Assembly (NCBI RefSeq): GCF_000737315.1
Contig: NZ_JMCB01000003.1
Span: 20,001 to 268,000, forward strand
DNA: 248,000 bases
Reading direction: 5' to 3'
From: Hyalangium minutum
GTDB lineage: Bacteria > Myxococcota > Myxococcia > Myxococcales > Myxococcaceae
Of the stretch, positions 216,701 to 225,700 are shown piece by piece; the stretch's first letter is position 1, and the number at the start of each line of letters is the position of its first letter. Both the position numbers and the translations under genes were made by a program. The notes beneath the pieces are model-generated. The model saw nothing but the letters and a program-made list of their open reading frames with translations, searched no databases and was not told the DNA's origin.

Positions 216701-219700
216701 GGGAAGCGGCCGTGTCGGTGACGCTGGCGGATCGTCTGCCGCCCTCGGTGGTGCAGGGCACTGCGATGGAGCTGGTGGGCCCCGCGGGAGCCATCTCCGG
216801 CACGCGCACGGTGCAGGGCTCGGCGGTGCTGTTCCGGCCCTCGGCGGTGCTCACTCCCGGGGAGCGGGTGCAGGCGCGCGTCACGCTGGGCGCCACGCCC
216901 TATGTGGGCGGCACGGTCCTCGGGCCGTGGACGTGGTCCATCCTCCCGAGCGCGGAGGCTCCCTCCCTTCGAGTGGATGCGCTGGTGCCGGACCATGGAG
217001 ACGTGTCGGGTGGCTACCCGGTGGTGCTGGCGGGCGCGGGCTTCGACGCGCAGACGCAGGTGTGGTTCGGCACGCGTGCGGCCACGGTGGTGCCGCCGGT
217101 GTCCACGGACGCGATCCATGTGCTGGCGCCGGCCTCTCCGGTGCCGGGCCCGGTCCGCGTCCGCGTGAGCCCGGGGGTGGCGGGGACGCCGGTGGATGTG
217201 CCCGGAGGCTTCGTCTACCTGGCGCCGCTGGCGATCTCGCGGGTGACACCTCCCCGGGTGGACCTGGGCGGAGGCGCGGTGACAGTGGAGGGCACGGGCT
217301 TCAACCGGAGCCTCACCGCGCGGCTGGGCGGGCTCGTGGCGCCGGTGAGTGACTTCACGCCCACGAGCTTCAAGCTGAGCGTTCCGGCCGGTCCTTCCGG
217401 GTGGCTCGCGCTCGAGGTGGCGCAGGCGGGCACGCCTCCGGTGACGCTGGCTCAGGCCGTGCTGCGCGCCGACGGCGTCGCGCCCACCGTCACCGCGTGG
217501 GAGCCGCTGGACACGGTGGGCACTGGGCAGGTGCCGCTCAACTCCATCTTCACGGTGCGCTTCAACGAGCCCATTGATCCCGCCACAGCCACCCACGTGC
217601 GGCTCGTGCGCCAGGGCGGCACGGTGCCAGAGTCCGGGACCCACACCGTCGCGCCGGATGGGCTGAGCGTTACGTTCACACCGGCGGCGGCGCTGCCCTC
217701 CACCACGGCGTTCACGCTCTCGGCGGCGGGGGTGGCGGATCTGTTCGGCAACGCGATCGCGAACACTGCCGCGGCCCGGAAGGACTTCCGCTCTCGCGAC
217801 GTGGTTCCGCCCAACGTATACGTGCGGTTGGAGAGCAGCACCGAGCCCCTCGCGCCAGGGACTCTGCTCGCGGCGGAGGTGTCCTGGAGCTTCCGGGTGG
217901 TGGCCTCGGATGACAGCGGCCAGGTGAGCCTCCGCCAGCTCTGGGTGGACGGAGCGGCCGTGAGCGTGGATTGGGACGGGAAGGCCACCTACCGCTGGCC
218001 CGCGATCATGAGCTCGAGGCCCTCGACGCTGAAGGTGCGCGCCGAGGACAGCGCGGGAAACGGTACCGAGTCCGAGGTGACGGTGCAGGTGGTGGAGGAC
218101 ATGCCGCCCACGGTGGCGATCACCCAGCCCTCCACGCCAGTGGTGCAGGTGGAGCAGGGCGTGTCGCTCACCGTGGCGCTGGCCGCGAGCGACAACCATG
218201 GTGTCTCGGCGGTGGAGCTGCGGCTGGACGGGGTGCCGATCAAGCGCGCGAGCAGCCTGACGGGCACGAACGCCACGCTCTCCCATGTGCTGTACCTGCC
218301 CACGCAGGGCACCTACCAGCTCACGGCGCTCGCGATGGATGATCGGGGCCAGCTCACCAGCTCCGAGAGCGTGAGCGTGCAGGTGCTCCCGGACACGACG
218401 CCGCCGCAGTTGGCGTGGGTGTTGCCCATGGCAGGGACCAAGCTCATCGGCGGCGGGCGCTACCCGTTGCAGGTGTCCGCCACGGACCTGAACGGAGTGG
218501 CCGAGGTGTCGTTCCGCATCGATGGCCAGCTCGTGGCGACGCGGACGGCCCCGCCCTGGTCGATGGACTGGGACGCGCCAGCGGTGACGTCCGCGGGGAC
218601 CCGCCTGCTCGAGGCTCGCGCGCGAGATGCGCAGGGCAACGAGGCCGGAGCCAGCCAGACGGTGACGGTGGCGCCGCCCTCGACTTCACGGCCCACGATC
218701 GTGCTCGATGGGTTTTCTACTTCTTACGGCTACCCCGAAGGGACGGCGGTCACGGTCCGAGCGCGTGTGACGTCGGAGATCCCGCTCCAGAGCGTGCGCC
218801 TGTCGCTGGGAGCGGAGACGGTGACGCTCACCCAACCGCCCTGGCAGCTCACGTTCGTGGCACCGCGAGTTCCGCCGCCCTCGCAACTGGTGAGGCTCCG
218901 CGGCACCGCGGTGGATCTCCTGGGGCGCGAGAGCTTCCCTGTGGAGTACGACGTCACCGTCCAGGACGACGGGCGGCAGCCCGTGCTCGCGCTGGACATG
219001 AACCCGCAGGGCCCTTCGCTGCTGGGCGGTTCCACGCTCCAGGTGGGGGGCCTGGATGGCGGCGTCCTGACAGGCACGGTGGTCCGCGTGAGCGAGGTGC
219101 TCCAGCCCGCCGAGACGGACGGGGGCTACACCCTGCCCTTCGAGCCAGAGGCGGCGCCTGTGCGCGTGTCCGCGCGAATGGATGCGTGGGACGGCGGCAT
219201 GGTGACGCTGGAGCGGCAGGGCACGCTGACGGCCTTTGCCAACGGTGCCACGGTCTCGGTCGCGGCCGCGGACGAGCCCGTGCTGGATCTGGCCACCTCC
219301 GGGCCATGGGAGTGGGTGGCCCGCGATCAGAGCGGTGGGCACACGCGCCTCGAGCTCCGGGATGCGGCCACTCAGGCCCTCACGGCCGAGCGCTCGCTGG
219401 ACGGGACCGCGGTGGCCGTGGCCTTTGAGCGGGGCCGGGCCGTGGTGGCGCTGCGCACCGGAGGGCGCGGCCGGGTCGACATGATGTCCGTGCCTGCCCT
219501 GGAGACGGTCGGCTCGTTCTCCGTGCGCAGAATCCCCCGCGCACTGGAGACCACTTCCTTCGGTCTGGCGATCGGGACGGACGAGGGCCTCGAGCTGTGG
219601 AGCAGCGGGGGCATGCTCGCCTCGCGACTGCCCCTCGGGGACGTGCTCGGGGTGTCCGCCGAGGGTGATCGCCTCGCGGTGCTGACGAACAGCACCTTGT

Positions 219701-222700
219701 ATGAAGTGGATGCGAGCGTGCCGCATGCTCCGGCGCTCGTGGCCTCCGTGCCTGTGGCAGGAGCCACAGGGGTGGTGGCGCTCGCGGATGCCCGCAGGTG
219801 CGTGGTGGGAGCCACGGCGCGGTGCTTCCGCGTGGAGGGAACCGCCTTGACGCTCCAGGGTGAAGCGCGGCTGCCGGACACGGCGATCGCCGCCGACGGT
219901 CCGGGGCCGTGGCTCCTGGCGGGCACGGCCAGCGGTCTGTCCGTGGTGGATGCGCGGGGAGCTCCCTCGATGGCGGGGTACTACCCGGCACTGGCGGGGC
220001 GGGTGGCTGCAGGGGACGGCCGCATCGTCGCGGCGGCGCCGGGCCGCAGCTCCCTCCTGAAGCTGCGGCGGAGCGTGGGAGCGCCCACGGTTCACCTGGA
220101 GCTTCCTCCCTCGGCGGCTCCTGGCGCGCGGGTGCCCGTGGTGGCCAGCGTGGAGGGGCTCTCGGACCCTCGGGATGGCTACACGGCGGAGCTGCGTGTG
220201 CGCGGCACGGCTGTCCAGGTGCTCAAGGGGCGGCTGCCGCAGTCCGTGGATCTGCCGCGTGACGGCACGGCGGCGCAGGTGGCCCTGCGGGTGGTGGATC
220301 TCGCGGGCCATGAGGCGCTCGCGCAAGGAACCGTGGCGCTCGTGGATGATGGGGCGGGCCCGGCGCTGGCGGCGCTGCAGGCGCGGGCGGAGGTGCCCTC
220401 GGGCGCCTTCTTCTCGCTGGCGGCGGTCCCGGCGGATCCCGCGCGGGTGGCCTCTGTCGAGTACTCCGTGGACAGCACGGTGCTGGGACGCGCGGATGCT
220501 CCGGCGCTGGCTTGGCGGCTGCGGGCTCCCACGGTGTCCACGGACACGGCCTTCACGGTGAGCGCGGTGGCATTGGACGCGCAGGGCCGCCGGGGCGCGC
220601 CGGTGCAGGCCTCGGTCTGGGTGCGGGCAGGAACGGGGGCGGCACTGCCCACGGTGTCCCTGGCGCGCGTGGGCACCGGGTCGATCCAGGAAGGCACGGA
220701 GGTGAGGGTCCGGGCCACGCTCACGCCGTCGGTCCCCGTGGCCGAGGTGCGCTTCAAGATGGACGGAGAGGAGCAGCAACGCCTGATGCTTCCCCCGTAT
220801 GAGGCGGTGCTGCGGATGCCGGTGGGAACGGGCTCGCGCGGCGTCACAGTGGAGGCGGTGGCGGTGGATGACCAGGGCCGCGAGTCGGCCGCCGCGCTCC
220901 TACCGCTCACGGTGGTGGATGACCTGACGCCTCCGGTGGTGGCCCTCGAGGTGGATCCCTCGGGAGAGGTGCTGACAGCTGGGAGCCGTGTGCGAGCCAC
221001 CGCGATCGCGTCCGATGGAGGAGCGCTCGAGTCCTGGTCCGTCCGGGCGCTGTTGGCGAACGTGGAACTGGCCAGCGGAGGTGGCCGGCTGGACTTCACC
221101 GTGCCCGCGAGCACTCCGGCCGGGACCTTGGTGGAGATCGTCGCCACGGCGCGGGATGTGGCGGGCAACGTGGCGACGAGCCGGGTGACGAAGACGGTGC
221201 TGGCCCCCGTCCTGCCCGACGGCGGCGTCGTGGTTGCCGGGGACTTCGTGGGAGCGGACCGCCTGACCCTGCGCGGGGACTTCGTCTATGCGACGACCCC
221301 GAGAGGACTGGCCGTGGGGCGGGTGCGGTGGGGAGAGACGCCCACGATCGAGCCGGTGAGCTTCCTCGCCACGGACGTCGCGCCTTCCTCGTTGGCGGTC
221401 CAGGGCCCGTGGGCGGTGCTGGTGCTGCCAGGGAGAGGGCTGTCGATCGTCAACATCGCGGATCCGGCGCAGCCCCGGGTGCGCGGCACGCTCGCGGGCA
221501 CCTTCACCAAGGCCCTGGCAGGGGATGGGCTCTATGTGCAGGGGAACTCCCTTTTCGAACTCGATCTGGAGGTGCCCTCCACTCCCGTGCTGAGGAACAT
221601 GGCGGTATCGGCAACGGCGGTGGACGGCACGGCCGACGGGGTCGTCTTCAACTCCTACTCCTACCTCATGGTCCGCGCGCGGCTGACCAGCGGCCTCAGT
221701 GGCTACCTGTCGCTCCTGTGGCCCGTGGGAGTGCCTCAGACGGCTCGCTGGAACGATGGGAAGCTGCTGGTCGGGACGGATCGCTCTCTCGCCGTGCTCG
221801 TCCGCAGTGGGGACAGCCTCGGCGTGGCCCAGGAGGTACCGCTGCCCGCGGGGGTTCGCGCCATGGCCGTGGCGGATGGCCGGGTCTGGCTCGCCTGCAC
221901 GGACGGCAAGCTGAGATGGGTGGACGTCCGCAACCCCACGGCTGCCCAGGTCATCGCCCAGGAGGCGCTCCCGGCCCGTGCGCTCGAGGTCTCCGGAGGG
222001 TTGATGCTCGCCACGACGGCGCAGGGGATCTTCGTGCGCCGGCTTCCGAACCTGGGCGCGGCGGGCAGTGCTCTGAGTACCCCGGTGGGAGGTCTGACCC
222101 TGGATGACGCGCCTCGGGCGGTGACGTCGTTCCGGCGGGGCGTATTGGTGGCGGCAGGGCTCGCCGGCGTGCAGCGGATCGTCCTGGACGATCCTTCCCA
222201 CCCCAGCCGCGTCTCCCAGTCCGTGGCGGGGTTGGCCCTGAAGCAAGTCGAGCGCACGGGCGAGCAGGTCTTCACCCTGAATGGCACGACGCTCTCGATC
222301 CACGTGGAGCAGTGGGATGGAAGCCTGGTGAGGGATGGCGGTGCCTCGGATCGGCTGGCGGCGCTCGGCAGCGTGGAGCGCTTCGCCGTCTCGCCGAGGA
222401 GGCTGTGGGCGGTGTCGGGAGGCACGGTGTCCTCGATGGGGCTGCCCTCGGTGGATCAGAAGGTGTCCCTGCTGCTGGGCTCCGCCACGCTGGACGTGGC
222501 GGGAGACGAGACGCGTGCCGTGGTGGCCCTGGGCCGCGCGGGCGCGGCGGTGGTGCTGGTAGATGGCGCGGGGACGCTGAGGCTGGGCGCGATGATTCCG
222601 GAGGTCCACACGGACGCGGTGGCGGTGGACGGCGACCTCGCGCTGCTGGGAGGCCCCTCGGGCTTGGCGGTGGTGGATCTCAGCGCTGCGAGCGGGCCCG

Positions 222701-225700
222701 TGCGCCGGGCCTCGCTGCCCACGGCGGGAGCGGTGCGCCGTGTGAGGCTGGAGGGGCGGCTGGCCCTGGTGAGCGAGGGCTCGGCGGGAGTCGAGCTGTG
222801 GAATGTCTCCCAGCCCGCCGCGCCGGTGCTCCTGGGCAAGCTGTCCACGCCGCGCGCCGAGGACGCGGTGGTGGCCGCGGGGCACATCGTCGTCGCGGAC
222901 AGTGTGGCGGGCGTAAAGGTCTTCTCCCTCCCCGCGGCTGGGGTGAACCCGGTGGTTCGGGTGGTGCCGGACGCGTCCAGCGTGGAGGCGGGGTCCTGGC
223001 TGGAGGTCTCGGCGCGGGTGTCGGGCGTGCAGGTGGATACGGCCGAGCTGCTCGTGGAGGGGCAGGTGCTCAGCCGGATGGACGAGCGGGCGGCGGTGGG
223101 CCGCTACCTCGTGCCAAAGCAAGCGGTGGTCGGCCGAGAGCTGGCGGTGCAGGTCCGGGCGCGCACCGCCTCCGGAGCCGAGACACTGTCGGCTCCGGTC
223201 TTCGTGAGGGTGTCAGCGCCCACGAACCTGCCGGAGATCGTCCTCTACCCGAACTCGCCCAACTCCGGCTGGTCGTACTACTCCGCGAGCAGCATCTCCG
223301 TGTCCGCGGTCTACGGGGGGGCCCTGGCCCCCGTCTCGGCGCGGGTCCGCTGGGCGGGACAGGACCTGGGAGCGCTGACGGTCATGGACACCTCCATCCA
223401 TGGGGAGCTGCGCATGCCGGTGGTGGGAGCGGACACGACGGGGACGCTGGAGTTCGTGCTCGTCGATGCGGCGGGGCGGATCAAGACGGCCTCCGTCCCG
223501 TCCATCAGGGTGCTGGCTCCCCAGGATCCGCTCCCCCAATCCGTCTACGGGCTGCCCTCCCGCCTGTACTCGGCGCCCTATGACAACGCCTTCACGGCTC
223601 AGGCCTACTGCTACACTTGGTGCAACGTGCGCGTGGAGCGCAATGGCGTCACCATCGCGAGCACCCTGAGTACCTCCCCGTACACCGGGTGGCGAAGCCT
223701 GCCAGTCTCGCTGGTGCTTCCGGGAGAGACCACTGGAACGCAGCAGACGCTGACGATCGTGGCCGAGGACTCGGCAGGCCGTCAGGTCCGGCAGGAGCAG
223801 CGCTACACCGTGCTCCGGGATGATCTGGTCCCGTCGGTGTCCCTCTACGCGCCGTACTCCGCTTCCGAGGGCGCGACTGTCTCCGTCTCCGCCTACGCCT
223901 CGTTCCCACCGGGGCATCAGATCCGGTCGCTGCGGTTGTTGGCCAATGGGGTCGAGATCGCCTCCGTGGTGGGCCCCACGCTATCGGGCGTGCCCTATAC
224001 GTTCCCCAGTGTCAGCGTCACCTCGACCGTCCGCTTCGAGGCGATTGCCACCGATCACCTGGGGCGCGAGGGACGCGCGGAGCAACTCGCCCAGGTTCTT
224101 CCAGACGCGCCGCCCAGCGCATCTATGTATGCGTCCCCAACGCCTGTGCAGGGCTACCCGATCTACGCGTGCATCAATGCCGCGGATGACGTGAGGCTCA
224201 CGGCCGTGACCTTCAAGGCGGGAGAGGAGACGTTGTGGAGCTGCACGAGCGGCTGCTCGGCCTACTTCTCCACGTCCTTCTCCAAGTGCGTCCAGAGCGC
224301 GTCTCGCTACACAGGGAGCGAGATCGTCCTGAGCGCGGAGCTCACCGACAGCGTCGGCCATACTGTCACGGAGACGCGGCCCTACGCGGTGGCGCAGAAC
224401 CAGCCGCCGACGGTGACGCTAACGTCCAAGAGCTATCTGGTGGCCGGACAGGGGGGGACCCCTGTGTACGCGAGTGCCTATGATGAGGCCCACATGCAGT
224501 CGCTCAAGGTGCGGGTGGGCGACACCCTGATCGCGCAGAGCACCTCCTCCTACTATGCCCAGAGTGGTCTCTCCTGGAGCGGTTCCTACACGCCCAGCTC
224601 TCCGGAGTCGTTCGTTCTCGAGGCGGTGGCGGAGGATGGGGCGGGCCTACAGACCGTCCTGCGCAAGCAGGTGCCTGTCTTGCCCGCGGGGTCGGGGCAG
224701 AGCTGTGAGAAGCCCGTCCCGATCGGCATGGACCTCACGCTGAGGCCGCCTCAGGTGCAGCTGCAGAGCACGTTCTACTCGCGGTGTGGGACCTTCTATA
224801 CGGGCTCGTGGCACACCCTGCCGTTCGACGGGCCCGTCGAGGAGATCTCCTTGAGGGCCTATTCCGACTCTTGGTACTGGCCAACCCTCATCGTGAAGGA
224901 CGGCTGTGACGCCTCGGCGGCGCAGTTCTGTCCATATTCCTCGTCGTCTTCCGATGTCTCCACGCGCGCCACCTCGCTCTCCTCCCAGGCGCGTGTCTTC
225001 CTCTCTCAGGTCACAGGGGACGTTTATGTCTCCTTCGCCCGGCTGGGCATGGGCGCCCGGTGCATCCCGGGCTCTACCTCCGTGGTCTGCTCCAACAGCG
225101 TCTGCCGTGAGCAGAGCAGTGGTGAGTACCGATGCGCTCCCGAGGCCTGCAGGGATGGCCTGGACAATGACGGCGATGGGCGCGTGGACTTCCCAGCGGA
225201 GCCGGGCTGCACGTCCGCGACGGACGACGACGAGACAGACCCCGTGCCGCTCCCCACCTGCGCCAACGGGGTGGACGAGGATGAGGATGGGGCCATGGAC
225301 TGGCCGGCGGAGACGGACTGCCCCTCTGCCTCCAGCAACGGGGAGCACCCGACCTCCTGCCAGGTGACGCCGCTGACCCTGCTGGGCTCCCGCATGCGGA
225401 TCGACTTCTCTCAGGCCTCGAATCTGGACGATCTGGTGTGCAGCACCTCCGGCTCGGGGCCAGACCAGGTCGTGAGGGTGGAGGTGCCAGGCCAGGCCTC
225501 GCTCTCTGGATCGCTGATGGAGCCGTACGGGTACCCAAAGACGCTGGCGCTCCGAAAGAGCTGCACGGACGGAGGAGCGTTCCTCGCCTGTGCTCCGGCG
225601 GAGTGGCAATCGGTTTGGGATGATGGACGTTGGGTATCTCAGTCTGTGGCCATGACGAGCGCGGAGGTGGGGCCCGGCTCCTACCTGTTCGTGGCGGACT